Assembly: GCA_963618495.1 (NCBI GenBank)
Contig: CAVESF010000003.1
Span: 7,190-71,189, forward strand
Origin: Acutalibacteraceae bacterium
GTDB taxonomy: Bacteria > Bacillota > Clostridia > Oscillospirales > CAG-272
Reading direction: 5' to 3'
DNA length: 64,000 nucleotides
Part shown: piece by piece, positions 46,506 through 56,226 of the stretch
How positions within the stretch are numbered: position 1 is the first letter of the stretch
Layout of the letters: every line of letters begins with the position of its first letter
Made by a program: the position numbers and the translations under genes
Notes under the pieces: generated by a model
The model's database searches: none
The model's input: the letters and a program-made list of their open reading frames with translations, nothing else
Told to the model about the DNA's origin: nothing

Positions 46506-48173
46506 ATGGATTACAACTATCTTGCAGAATTACTTTTCCCCGATGCTACAGAGACACCGGAGGATATGGAAAAGCGCTTTCCGAAGAGAGAGCTTCCCGA
46601 GGGAGCTGTCGTTTCGAGAATGGCGCCCAGCCCCACAGGCTTTGTCCATCTCGGCAATCTCATGCAGGGACTGACCTCCGAGCGCCTTGCTCACCAGAGC
46701 GGCGGCATCATGTATCTGCGCGTTGAGGACACGGATGCAAAGCGCGAGGTAAAGGGAGCGACGGAAACGCTTATCGAGATGCTTTCGCACTACGGCATTT
46801 TTTTCGATGAGGGTGCGGCTCTCGACGAAAACGGGAAAATATACGATAAGGGAATATACGGTCCCTATAAGCAGAGTCAGCGTGCTTCCATCTATCATGT
46901 GTACGCAAAGAAGCTTGTGAAGGAGGGAAAGGCTTATCCTTGTTTCTGCACAGAGGAGGAGCTTGAGCGTTTCCATGCCGAGCAGGAATCCGAGAAAGCC
47001 AATTTCGGTTACTACGGCAAATGGGCAAAATGGAGAGACCGCCCGATAGAGGATATCGAAGCGGAACTCAAGGCGGGGAAAGAATGGGTACTCCGTTTCC
47101 GCAGTACTGGAAGCATAGAGCATAAATTCAAATATCACGACCTAATCAAGGGTGATGTGGATATTACGGAAAACGATATAGACCATGTGCTCTTGAAGAG
47201 CGACGGCATACCGACATATCATTTCGCTCATGCGGTGGACGACCATCTGATGGGAACGACCCATGTTGTGCGCGGAGACGAATGGCTTGCAAGCCTGCCT
47301 TTTCATATACAGCTTTTCGCCGCACTTGGTCACAAGCTGCCGAAATATGTTCATATAGGCACTCTGATGAAAATGGACGGAAACTCCAAGCGCAAGCTTT
47401 CCAAGCGCAAGGATCCCGAGCTTGCACTCTCATACTACAAATCCGATGGCTATCCCACGGAGAGCGTTGCCGAATATATAATGACCATCCTCAATTCCAA
47501 TTTTGAGGACTGGAGAAGAGCAAATCCCGACGCGCCGTTGGGCGATTTCAAATTCACCACAAAGAAGATGAACGCCGCAGGTTCGCTCTTTGACCTTGCC
47601 AAGCTCTGTGATGTTTCCAAGAATATAATCTCCCGCTGGAGCGCAGAGAAAGTTTACGATGAGACGGCAGAGTGGGCAAAGGAATTTGACGAAGAGTTTT
47701 ACGGAGAATTTACTGCAAACCCCGATTTCACAAAGGCTGTGCTCGCCATAGGCAGAGGCGGAAACAAGCCGCGTAAGGACTTTGCCGTATGGAGCGAAGT
47801 CAAGGGCTATATGGGCTTCATGTTCGACAAGTATTACAATGCAGAGGGAGAATATCCGCAGGACTTTGAGCCTGCGCTTATCGCCGATGTGCTGAAATCT
47901 TATCTTGCCGCATACAGACCCGAGGACGACCAAAGCGCATGGTTTGACAAGATGAAAGATGTGGCGGAAAAATTCGGCTTTGCCCGCGAGATGAAAGAAT
48001 ACAAGGCAAATCACGAGGCTTACAAGGGAAGCATAGGCAATATAAGCTCTTTTGTCCGCGTGGCGATAACCGGCAAGCAGAATGCGCCCGACCTTTATAC
48101 GGTGATGAACATTCTCGGCGAAAGCAAGTCGAGAGAGCGAATAGAAAAACAGATAGAAAGACTGGGAGGCTAA
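46506..48173 (+). CDS. gltX: glutamate--tRNA ligase (long ~555-aa form)
   Basis: ..SRMAPSPTGFVHLGN.. is the HIGH region, ..YLRVEDTDAKRE.. is GluRS-type, and ..RKLSKRK.. is the KMSKS equivalent. Confidence 0.82.
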   Translation: MDYNYLAELLFPDATETPEDMEKRFPKRELPEGAVVSRMAPSPTGFVHLGNLMQGLTSERLAHQSGGIMYLRVEDTDAKREVKGATETLIEMLSHYGIFFDEGAALDENGKIYDKGIYGPYKQSQRASIYHVYAKKLVKEGKAYPCFCTEEELERFHAEQESEKANFGYYGKWAKWRDRPIEDIEAELKAGKEWVLRFRSTGSIEHKFKYHDLIKGDVDITENDIDHVLLKSDGIPTYHFAHAVDDHLMGTTHVVRGDEWLASLPFHIQLFAALGHKLPKYVHIGTLMKMDGNSKRKLSKRKDPELALSYYKSDGYPTESVAEYIMTILNSNFEDWRRANPDAPLGDFKFTTKKMNAAGSLFDLAKLCDVSKNIISRWSAEKVYDETAEWAKEFDEEFYGEFTANPDFTKAVLAIGRGGNKPRKDFAVWSEVKGYMGFMFDKYYNAEGEYPQDFEPALIADVLKSYLAAYRPEDDQSAWFDKMKDVAEKFGFAREMKEYKANHEAYKGSIGNISSFVRVAITGKQNAPDLYTVMNILGESKSRERIEKQIERLGG

Positions 48174-48174
48174 C

Positions 48175-50133
48175 ATGACAGACAGACCGAAATTTCCAAA
48201 ACGCGCGCTGATAACGGCGGGCATGCCTTACGGAAGCAAGGAGCTTCACTTCGGGCATGTGGGAGGCGTTTTCGTTCATGCAGATGCTTTCGCGCGTTTC
48301 CTGCGCGACAGAATAGGCAAAGACAATGTTATTTTCGTCTCGGGTACGGACTGCTACGGCTCTCCTATCGTCGAGAAATACAAGAGTCTCACGGCAGACG
48401 GCTCTTTCAAGGGCAGTATCATAGATTTCGTGCAGTACAATCACGACAAGCAGGCGCAGACGCTGGATGATTATCTCATCAGTCCATCGCTTTTTGCGGC
48501 GAGTGCGCTCGGCGAGAGCGGGAAAATTCACACGGAGTACAGCGCGGAATTTTTTGAGAAGCTGGCGGAGTCCGGTGCGCTCATTCGCCTTTCCACAAAG
48601 CAGTTTTACGATGAGAAGTATCAGACATTCCTCAACGGCAGACAGGTCACGGGAAGATGCCCGATAGAGGGCTGTAAATCCGAGGTCGGCTATGCAGACG
48701 AATGTTCGCTCGGTCACCAGTATTTCCCCGAGGAGTTGATAGCGCCGATCAGCACGCTTTCCGGCGAGCGCCCCGTGCTGAAAAATGTTGAAAACTGGTA
48801 TTTCGATCTCGAGAAATACATGGATTTCCTGACAAAAATGATGGATGAGAAAGACGCCACAGAAAATCTCCGCAAGACAACATCGCTTGCCTGCCGCGAA
48901 TTTCTCAAAAATCCGATAATATACGCGAAGCTTGACGATGCCGATGTGATAAAGGAAAAACTCGCTTCATTCCCGTGCAGATACGAGGAAGAGGAATCGC
49001 GCAAGATGCTCCGCATAATATTCGACAAGCTTGCGGACAGGGAAGCGGCTTGCGAGCTTCTTTCGGAGGCGCAGATACGCTTACGTACAGGCAAAACGCT
49101 CGTTCCTTTCCGCCTTTCCGGCAATATCGACTGGGGCGTTCCCGTTCCTGAAAAGGACGGCATAAAGGGACTTACTTTCTGGGTATGGCCCGAGTCGCTC
49201 TGGGCGCCTATCTCTTTTACGCAGACATATCTCGAGAGCATAGGACACAGCCGCGACGAATGGAAAGACTACTGGTGCGATGATGACGCGATAGTTTATC
49301 AGTTTATCGGCGAGGACAATATCTATTTCTATCACCTTGCCGAAATGGCGATGTTTGAGGCGATAAACGAAGCGGGCGGCTATGATAAGAAATTCAGAAT
49401 GCCGAGAATAATCGCAAACAAGCATCTGCTTTTCTTCGATAAAAAAGCAAGTAGCAGCGGCAAGATAAAGCCGCCTATGGCAAGCGAACTGCTGAAATAT
49501 TATTCTGCAGAGCAGCTTCGTGCGCACTTCCTCGGACTTGCGCTCGGACTTTCCAATGCGCCTTTCCAGCCGAAAGTTTATAATCCGAATGCGGACGAAA
49601 AGGCTCCCGATCCCGCCTGCGGCGAATGGAATATGTTCACAAACATACTCAATCGTGCTACGAGAACGCTTTTCTATTCCTTCCAGAAATATAACGATGG
49701 AAATCAGGTGATACCGCGCGGCGAGGTTAGCCCTGTCGTAAAGGCGGCGGCAGACGCAGCTATAGTGAAATATGAAAATCACATGGCAAATCAGAGCTTC
49801 CATCAGGTTATATACACTCTTGATGAGTATTTCCGCCTGATAAATAAGGAAATCTCCGCTTCATTCAAGCAGGTCGGCGATAATTTCAGCAAGGAAGCTT
49901 TCAATCGGGCTGTTATCGACGCCGTGCATATGGTAAAGACGGCAACTGTGCTTGCGCACCCGATAGCGCCTAAGTCCACAGAGGCTGTTATGAAATTCAT
50001 GAACATGCCCGAAGAGGTATTCTCATGGGACAATATTTTTGACAGCGTGGACAAGATAACGGAAGAGGGACACAAATTCAGTTTCCTCGAGCCAAGAAGC
50101 GATTTCTATACCAAGCCCGAGTGGCAGTATTGA
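48175..50133 (+). CDS. metG: methionine--tRNA ligase-like class I aaRS (divergent motifs)
   Basis: ..ALITAGMPYGSKELHFGHVGG..ADAFARFLRDRIG..FVSGTDCYGSPI.. aligns by eye to the MetRS N-terminus. A knuckle CPIEGC..ECSLGH is present. The KMSKS position reads KASSS. Confidence 0.65.
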   Translation: MTDRPKFPKRALITAGMPYGSKELHFGHVGGVFVHADAFARFLRDRIGKDNVIFVSGTDCYGSPIVEKYKSLTADGSFKGSIIDFVQYNHDKQAQTLDDYLISPSLFAASALGESGKIHTEYSAEFFEKLAESGALIRLSTKQFYDEKYQTFLNGRQVTGRCPIEGCKSEVGYADECSLGHQYFPEELIAPISTLSGERPVLKNVENWYFDLEKYMDFLTKMMDEKDATENLRKTTSLACREFLKNPIIYAKLDDADVIKEKLASFPCRYEEEESRKMLRIIFDKLADREAACELLSEAQIRLRTGKTLVPFRLSGNIDWGVPVPEKDGIKGLTFWVWPESLWAPISFTQTYLESIGHSRDEWKDYWCDDDAIVYQFIGEDNIYFYHLAEMAMFEAINEAGGYDKKFRMPRIIANKHLLFFDKKASSSGKIKPPMASELLKYYSAEQLRAHFLGLALGLSNAPFQPKVYNPNADEKAPDPACGEWNMFTNILNRATRTLFYSFQKYNDGNQVIPRGEVSPVVKAAADAAIVKYENHMANQSFHQVIYTLDEYFRLINKEISASFKQVGDNFSKEAFNRAVIDAVHMVKTATVLAHPIAPKSTEAVMKFMNMPEEVFSWDNIFDSVDKITEEGHKFSFLEPRSDFYTKPEWQY

Positions 50134-50141
50134 GGTGGCAT

Positions 50142-50783
50142 ATGAATATCGAAAAAACAATAAAAGCACTCGAAAAGCATCATATGCAGGTATATTTTGT
50201 CGCAAATGCGGCAGAAGCAAAGGAAAAGGTGCTTTCGCTTATTCCCGCGGGCGCGACGGTGGCAAACGGCGGCAGTATGACGCTGGTTGATTCCGGTATA
50301 ATCGACGCGGTGAAGAGCGGAGAATACAGATACCTTGACAAAAATATGCAGGGTCTCTCCGAGGATGAAAAGAACCGGCGTCTCGGCGAGATAATGACCT
50401 GTGATTACTTTCTTTCAAGCTCAAATGCGATAACGGAAAACGGCGAACTCTACAATGTGGACGGCACATCAAACCGTGTGAACGCATTGCTCTACGGACC
50501 GAAAAAGGTGATAATCGTGGCGGGAATAAACAAGATTGTTCCCGACCTCGAATCCGCTGTGCGCAGAGTAAAAGAGATAGCCGCGCCGAAAAACTGCAAA
50601 CGTTTAAACTGCAATACCTACTGTTTCCACAAGGGGCACTGCGTTTCGCTTGATCGCGGCGGCGATATGGCAGACGGCTGCGCCAGCGATGCGCGAATCT
50701 GCTGCAACTACACGGTGATGGCATCACAGCGCCTGCACGACAGGGTGAAAGTAATCCTCGTAAACGAAGAACTCGGATATTGA
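50142..50783 (+). CDS. LUD-domain (lactate utilisation C / DUF162) protein
   Basis: MNIEKTIKALEKHHMQVYFV....SSNAITENGELYNVDGTSNRVNALLYGPKKVIIVAGINKIV.. is typical of the LUD family. I chose ATG 50142. Confidence 0.78.
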   Translation: MNIEKTIKALEKHHMQVYFVANAAEAKEKVLSLIPAGATVANGGSMTLVDSGIIDAVKSGEYRYLDKNMQGLSEDEKNRRLGEIMTCDYFLSSSNAITENGELYNVDGTSNRVNALLYGPKKVIIVAGINKIVPDLESAVRRVKEIAAPKNCKRLNCNTYCFHKGHCVSLDRGGDMADGCASDARICCNYTVMASQRLHDRVKVILVNEELGY

Positions 50784-50979
50784 ATTCTTGAGGGTACGCT
50801 TGAAGTACTTCCGCGACCGTTTGCCTCACAGATTTTTGTGGGCGAGACGGAAAATATTTATTCCAATCCGAAAATAATCGACTATAGCGGAGATATTCCG
50901 AAAGATGTTACTGAAAACTATATCATAACAAAAGGAAAAATAGGCACTCTTACTGTCTGCTGAAAACACAACTGAAGCA

Positions 50980-51016
50980 AAAAGCTTCGGGAAGGAACCC
51001 CCTTTCCGAAGCTTTT
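50980..51016. terminator. bidirectional terminator between convergent genes
   Basis: AAAAGCTTCGGGAAGG-aaccc-CCTTTCCGAAGCTTTT forms a 16-bp stem (one G-U pair), followed by CATTTTT. Confidence 0.8.
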
Positions 51017-51039
51017 CATTTTTATTGCTTTTGTTGCGT

Positions 51040-51633
51040 TTATGCCTGCTCGCCATCCGCGGGATTTTGGGTTCGCCTTTCGATGAAGAGGCGAAGCCAC
51101 CGTTGCGTATATGCGTACAGGTCGTCGAGCTGAACGTTCGAAAGTCCGCGGCAGTATTTTACATATTCGCAGAGCAGTCCGTTTACAAAAACGGCGATAT
51201 CAAGGTCCAGATATTCCTTGTTTTTTACGTGTTTATCATTGTTGCAAAGCTCCAAAAACTTGTTAGTCGCGATTGAAGTCAGCTTTTTTGCCGTGAAGAT
51301 GAAGTCATTGGAGCGGCAGAGCAATTTGTAGTTTTCGTCGTTTTCGCGGATATACCGAAAAAAGATTTCCGCAAATTTCTCGGCATTCTCGGCTTCAAGC
51401 AGCGTAGTATTATTGAAAAAACGGTCTATGAGCTCGTTTTCATAGTCCTGTGCGATACTGTAGGCATCGTCGTAATGCGAATAGAAGGTGCTGCGGCTGA
51501 TATCCGCCCTCTCGCAAAGCTCTTTTACCGAAATGCGCGATATTTCCTTGTATTCCGAGAGCATTTCTGCAAACACGCTCTTGATAATACGTTTTGTTTT
51601 GACTGATGACCTGTTGAGATTTTTGACTTTCAT
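51040..51633 (-). CDS. TetR/AcrR family transcriptional regulator
   Basis: I chose start MKVKNLNRSS.. at 51633 (AAAGGA RBS). The HTH is ..ISVKELCERADISRSTFYSHY... 197 aa. Confidence 0.85.
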   Translation of the reverse strand: MKVKNLNRSSVKTKRIIKSVFAEMLSEYKEISRISVKELCERADISRSTFYSHYDDAYSIAQDYENELIDRFFNNTTLLEAENAEKFAEIFFRYIRENDENYKLLCRSNDFIFTAKKLTSIATNKFLELCNNDKHVKNKEYLDLDIAVFVNGLLCEYVKYCRGLSNVQLDDLYAYTQRWLRLFIERRTQNPADGEQA

Positions 51634-51654
51634 TATATTTTCCTTTACAATTTT

Positions 51655-51686
51655 ATGGTCAGTGTACATATTTTTACATTGACCAT
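51655..51686. promoter_or_regulatory. candidate TetR operator (12-bp inverted repeat)
   Basis: ATGGTCAGTGTA-(8 nt)-TACATTGACCAT matches at 11/12 positions. It lies in the divergent tetR/ABC intergenic region. A 10-bp direct repeat CAACAGTGTT occurs at 51727-36 and 51744-53, just after a TATAAT at 51720-25. Confidence 0.5.
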
Positions 51687-51779
51687 GATTTTGCTCTTTA
51701 ATTTTGTCTGCAAGCTTATTATAATACAACAGTGTTGAGATGTCAACAGTGTTTAAAAAAATAAAACAGGAGGAAACAT

Positions 51780-52712
51780 ATGCACACGATAGAAGTGGAG
51801 CATCTGACAAAGGATTACGGCTCCGGCCGCGGCGTATTTGATGTCAGCATAGCTGTAGGCAAAGGCGAAGTTTTCGGCTTTCTCGGACCGAACGGCGCAG
51901 GCAAATCGACGACCATCCGTCATCTGATGGGCTTTTCAAAGCCGCAGAGCGGAAGCACAAAAATCGAAGGTATGGAAACCTTCTCTCACTATTCGCAGGT
52001 GCTGAACCGCGTAGGCTATATCCCCGGCGAGATTGCGCTGCCTGCGGGACTTACGGGATGGGAATTTATCAGGATGATGCAGAATCTTCAGAAGATTCAC
52101 AATGAAGAACGGCTTGAAGCCATGCGAAATCTTTTTGAACTGGACGACGAGGCTCTTCGCGGAGATACGAAGCGCATGAGTCTGGGCGTCAAGAGAAAGC
52201 TGGCTGTGGTAGCGGCGTTCATGTCCGACCCCGAAGTGCTGATTCTGGATGAACCGACAAGCGGACTAGACCCTGTAATGCAGGAAAATTTCATTCGTTT
52301 CATTCATGAGGAAAAGAAGCGCGGCAAGACGATTCTCCTCTCCAGCCATATTTTCTCGGAGATAGATTCAACATGCGACCGCATCGCCATCATCAAGGAC
52401 GGGCGCATCGTATCGCAATTTGTGGCGGATGATTTGCGCCATGCCTCGCGCAAATATTATACCGTCACATTTGCCGATGCGGCATCGAAAAAGGAATTTC
52501 TGAAAAAAGCCGCATCGATGTCCTCGTTCCGTCTGCTCAGCGATGAAGAGAAAGAGACATATCTCTCGGTAGAGGACAGCGACCTCAATGCGCTAATCGC
52601 ATTGCTTGCGGCGGCGCATACGGTCACATTCAGCAATAGGCGTGAGACGCTGGAGGATTACTTCCTTAAGTTCTATAAGGAAGAAAAGGATTTTGGAGGT
52701 GCTTTGAAATGA
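51780..52712 (+). CDS. ABC transporter ATP-binding protein (ABC-2 type)
   Basis: Walker A GPNGAGKST, signature MSLGVKRKL, Walker B LILDEPTSGLD. 310 aa. Confidence 0.9.
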   Translation: MHTIEVEHLTKDYGSGRGVFDVSIAVGKGEVFGFLGPNGAGKSTTIRHLMGFSKPQSGSTKIEGMETFSHYSQVLNRVGYIPGEIALPAGLTGWEFIRMMQNLQKIHNEERLEAMRNLFELDDEALRGDTKRMSLGVKRKLAVVAAFMSDPEVLILDEPTSGLDPVMQENFIRFIHEEKKRGKTILLSSHIFSEIDSTCDRIAIIKDGRIVSQFVADDLRHASRKYYTVTFADAASKKEFLKKAASMSSFRLLSDEEKETYLSVEDSDLNALIALLAAAHTVTFSNRRETLEDYFLKFYKEEKDFGGALK

Positions 52713-53623
52713 GCGTAATCGAATGCAGACAGCTGACAAAGGATTTCGGCGAGGGACGCGGCATTTTCGACATCGACCTTAATATCGAAAAAGGAGAGAT
52801 GGTCGGCTTCGTTGGTACAAACGGAAGCGGCAAGACGACGACCATGCGAAATATCCTCGGATTTCTCAAGCCGAGTTCGGGTTATGTCGGCGTAAACGGG
52901 CTTTCCTCATGGGAACACGCGAGCGAGATAGCGAAGAGCATAGGTTATGTGCCCGGAGAGATAGCTTTCCCAGACTTAAAAACAGGCATTGATTTTCTGC
53001 GCTGTCAGGCGGAATTTCTCTCGCTTAAGGATATGAGCTACGCAAACGAGCTTATAGAGCGACTTCAGCTTGACCCGCGCGCAAACCTCAAGAGGATGAG
53101 CAAAGGTATGAAGCAGAAAACTGCGCTTGTGGCGGCGCTCATGAACGACGCGCCCATTATACTTCTTGATGAGCCGACAACGGGACTTGACCCGCTGATG
53201 AGAATAACATTCCTTGATATCATAAAGGAAGAACACCGCAAGGGCAAGACGGTTTTTATGAGCAGTCACAGCTTTGAGGAACTGGAGAGCACCTGCGACC
53301 GCGTGGCGCTCATAAGCGACGGACATATCGTCGATATATGCCGTATGAGCGATATCACAAACCGTCCCGTAAAGGAATTCAAGATAGAATTTCATACGGA
53401 AGCGGACTACAAGAAATTTCTCGGCGAGAGATATGAGGTTATCCGCCGCCAGCCGCAGTATAATCAGGCGACGATACGCATTTCCGCAAGCGAAACGGCG
53501 GCGCTCCTCGGATCGCTCAAGGGCTATAATGTAAAGTTTATTTCGGAGTTGCCATATACTCTGGAAATGCATTTCAAAAAAATATTATTTGATAAAAAGG
53601 AGAACGAAAGCAATGTTCAGTAA
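52709..53623 (+). CDS. ABC transporter ATP-binding protein (second ATPase)
   Basis: Walker A GTNGSGKTT, signature MSKGMKQK, Walker B ILLDEPTTGLD. Its start overlaps the preceding stop. Confidence 0.9.
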   Translation: MSVIECRQLTKDFGEGRGIFDIDLNIEKGEMVGFVGTNGSGKTTTMRNILGFLKPSSGYVGVNGLSSWEHASEIAKSIGYVPGEIAFPDLKTGIDFLRCQAEFLSLKDMSYANELIERLQLDPRANLKRMSKGMKQKTALVAALMNDAPIILLDEPTTGLDPLMRITFLDIIKEEHRKGKTVFMSSHSFEELESTCDRVALISDGHIVDICRMSDITNRPVKEFKIEFHTEADYKKFLGERYEVIRRQPQYNQATIRISASETAALLGSLKGYNVKFISELPYTLEMHFKKILFDKKENESNVQ

Positions 53624-55430
53624 AGCTCTTTTCAAGCAATCATGCAAGGCAAACGGAACCATGTGGGGCATCATCACCTTTGCGGTTTGCTTCATGCTTG
53701 CCTGCGTCATGCTGATTTCCGGAAGCGGAAGCATCGGCGAGGTTAAAAATTCGATTCAGGATACAATCATAACAAAGGAAATAGACGCGAGCCTCGAGGA
53801 GCGCGCAATAAACTATTATGCCGGCGCAACAGACGGTCTCTCTCATTTTGACAGTCTTTTTGCCGAAAATTCCAAGGATACGCTCTCATATCTGACATGG
53901 CTTTCCGCTATGCCCAATCAGGCGGATTTCTCCGACCCCGCGCAGTATGCGGCTGCTGCAAAGCAGTGGCAGAGCGCAAAGCCGACCTTGAAAACGAAAG
54001 CGGGCGAAAGCCTTGAAAAAGCCGTCGGCGAATGGCAGGCAAAGAAGCCCGATGCCGCTTCGTTTACTTCTGTCGAAGTCTATGCAGCAGCTATGGGCGA
54101 ATGGGCAAAGGAAACGCCCGCAACGGCTGAAAACGCCGTAAAAATAGCATATTCCATGGCTGTTGAAGATTTGCAGGAGTATGTATATGCCAAGGCGCTT
54201 GCGCTGAACCCCGCATATACGCGCGATTCCGACGAGGCGCAGGAAATGCTCGGCATTGTAATGTATACGCTCAATCCGAACGGTATGTTCAACGATTCTT
54301 TCTATCTCAAACATGAGAAAGAAGCGCCTGCGGACTACGATTATATGTCCGTTATCACGCATATTCAGGCGGGCGATGTAGATGCATATCTCGCGGGAAG
54401 CGAGCGCAGCGACTACCGCGCAGCACGCGCCGAGGATTGCTCCGCGATGTTCCTCGCAGGCAATATGACAGAGCCTGCCAATGTGGAAAAAATCGTTGAA
54501 CAGCTCTCGTCTTTTGGTGTGACAATGGAAAAATACAATAGCTTCGGCTATACCTATGAATCCATCAAGCATCTCGCAAACACCACGGCTATCACCTATG
54601 GGAACCGCCTCTCCTATGAACTTGAGCTTCTCGCAGAGCGCCGCGAAAACGGTGAATTTGCCGATGATGCGGCATATACAAAGGCGATAGTGGAAAAGAC
54701 AGCCGAGCTTGCCGAGGATGTTTCAAGCAGTTTGCTTTCTTCGCTTCCGCAGGAGGTTTCCGATGCGCTTGAGGAAGTCGGAAAAGCCGATCTCTATACG
54801 CTGATAGTCGGCTCCATCTTCTATAAGCTTGCCGGTCTGCTTCTTCCTATTATCTATATGATAATGGCTTCCAATAACCTTATAGCAGGTCAGGTAGACA
54901 GCGGCTCCATGGCATATGTTCTTTCCACATCAACCAAGCGCAGTACGGTCGTATTTACGCAGGCGGTATATCTGATAGGCTCTCTCTTTGCTATGTTCGG
55001 ACTGACAACAGCAACAGGCTGTGTATGTCTGTCGTTTGTATCCGAGGATATCAAGCTGACCTATAGTAATCTTATCCTGCTCAATGTCGGTGCGTTCCTC
55101 GTTCTGTTCGCGCTTTCGGGACTCTGCTTCTTCACATCATGCTGGTTTGACAGAAGCAAGCGCTCCATGGCTATTGGAGGCGGTCTCAGCATATTCGCTC
55201 TCGTTGCCGCTATGCTCGGACTTTTCGGCAGCCCTGTCATTCCCTCCGTTGTGCGTCTGGACAGCCTGAATTACTTCAACTATGCGACAATCATTTCGTT
55301 CTTTGACGTAATATCCATCATGGACGGCACAAGCACATTCATATGGAAATTTGCGGTTCTCGCGGTAATGGGACTTATCGGATATATAATCGGCTCGGTA
55401 CGCTTCACAAAGAAAGACCTGCCGCTGTAA
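53613..55430 (+). CDS. ABC-2 type permease with ~350-aa extracytoplasmic loop
   Basis: I chose ATG 53613 (AAAGGAG RBS). TM1 (..MWGIITFAVCFMLACVMLI) is followed by a long hydrophilic, Ala/Glu-rich segment and then a C-terminal cluster of TM helices. Confidence 0.7.
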   Translation: MFSKALFKQSCKANGTMWGIITFAVCFMLACVMLISGSGSIGEVKNSIQDTIITKEIDASLEERAINYYAGATDGLSHFDSLFAENSKDTLSYLTWLSAMPNQADFSDPAQYAAAAKQWQSAKPTLKTKAGESLEKAVGEWQAKKPDAASFTSVEVYAAAMGEWAKETPATAENAVKIAYSMAVEDLQEYVYAKALALNPAYTRDSDEAQEMLGIVMYTLNPNGMFNDSFYLKHEKEAPADYDYMSVITHIQAGDVDAYLAGSERSDYRAARAEDCSAMFLAGNMTEPANVEKIVEQLSSFGVTMEKYNSFGYTYESIKHLANTTAITYGNRLSYELELLAERRENGEFADDAAYTKAIVEKTAELAEDVSSSLLSSLPQEVSDALEEVGKADLYTLIVGSIFYKLAGLLLPIIYMIMASNNLIAGQVDSGSMAYVLSTSTKRSTVVFTQAVYLIGSLFAMFGLTTATGCVCLSFVSEDIKLTYSNLILLNVGAFLVLFALSGLCFFTSCWFDRSKRSMAIGGGLSIFALVAAMLGLFGSPVIPSVVRLDSLNYFNYATIISFFDVISIMDGTSTFIWKFAVLAVMGLIGYIIGSVRFTKKDLPL

Positions 55431-55461
55431 AAAGTAAATAATAAATAAGGAGAATATAAAA

Positions 55462-55917
55462 ATGTTTGAATTTTCAAAACTCTGCAAAGAATTTGAGGCG
55501 CTTTCCGTTATTGAGCGCGGCGCGATAATGACAGGCAAATCCGCCGAAATTTTCGCAAAACTGCGTAAGCTCAATCTGCCCGGAGTTGACCCCGTGCAGA
55601 CGCTCGCCGGATTTATTCTCGGCTCCGTAGTGGCGGATGGACGCGTGAACGAGCAGGAATATCTCCTGATATATCCCGCACTGCTCCATACATTTGGAGA
55701 TGATTTCAATTTCGAGAGCATAAAGAAATCATTTGAAACCGACCGCGACGGAAGAAGCGCCGTCAAGGAATACACTCAGGAAATGCTTTCTCTCATCTCT
55801 CTTGCAGACGAGAGCCTTGTCGAGGATGTTGTCATGCTGTGCCTCTGCGTGGTGAGCGTGGACGGCAAGATTTCGCCGAGAGAACAGCGCTATATCCGCA
55901 AGCTTTGCAAAGCATAA
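55462..55917 (+). CDS. TerB-like (tellurite-resistance TerB / DjlA N-domain fold) protein
   Basis: It has two ..ADGRVNEQEY.. / ..VDGKISPREQRYIRKL.. repeats typical of TerB-like domains. 151 aa. Confidence 0.5.
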   Translation: MFEFSKLCKEFEALSVIERGAIMTGKSAEIFAKLRKLNLPGVDPVQTLAGFILGSVVADGRVNEQEYLLIYPALLHTFGDDFNFESIKKSFETDRDGRSAVKEYTQEMLSLISLADESLVEDVVMLCLCVVSVDGKISPREQRYIRKLCKA

Positions 55918-55930
55918 TCTTATCTGATTC

Positions 55931-55974
55931 AGCAGCCCCTCTTCTCATGTGAGAAGCGGAGCTGCTTTGCTTTT
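55931..55974 (+). terminator. rho-independent terminator
   Basis: AGCAGC..CTTCTCA-tg-TGAGAAG..GCTGCT is an extended hairpin followed by TTGCTTTT. Confidence 0.7.
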
Positions 55975-55977
55975 GGG

Positions 55978-56190
55978 GAATTATACTATCAAGTGCAACA
56001 CTATAGAAAAAATAGGAACTCATAACAAACCTGTGTTATAATGAAGTTGCAACACAAACAAAAAACATGAGGAATGTTATGAGTTATCACTATTTTGCCA
56101 TAGAAGAGCGTTGTTGTCTACGGGAATATTACAAAAAAAGATACAGTTATCGAAAAATTGTGGAATTATTGGAACAAATCTCCTGTACGC
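55978..56190 (+). mobile_element. truncated IS30-family-like element (left end only)
   Basis: A 22-bp terminal repeat (55978-55999) is followed by an internal TGTTATAAT promoter-like box. An ORF from ATG 56079 reads MSYHYFAIEERCCLREYYKKRYSYRKIVELLEQ.., matching the Y-H-(L)-x-x-E-E-R..S-x-R-x-I-x-x-L pattern of IS30 transposase N-terminal HTHs. It then degenerates within about 35 codons. Confidence 0.45.
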
Positions 56191-56226
56191 CGTCCCCGTT
56201 TGAAAACCTTGTTTTTATGGCATTTT

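Noticed and set aside
50784-50960. A 59-codon open frame continuing in frame after the TGA stop of the LUD-domain gene (..ILEGTLEVLPRPFASQIFVGETENIYSNPKIIDYSGDIPKDVTENYIITKGKIGTLTVC), suggesting read-through or selenocysteine.
   Set aside because: No SECIS-like hairpin follows the TGA. The LUD protein already has normal length. An open run of 59 codons is not rare by chance at this GC. There is no RBS for the internal GTG.
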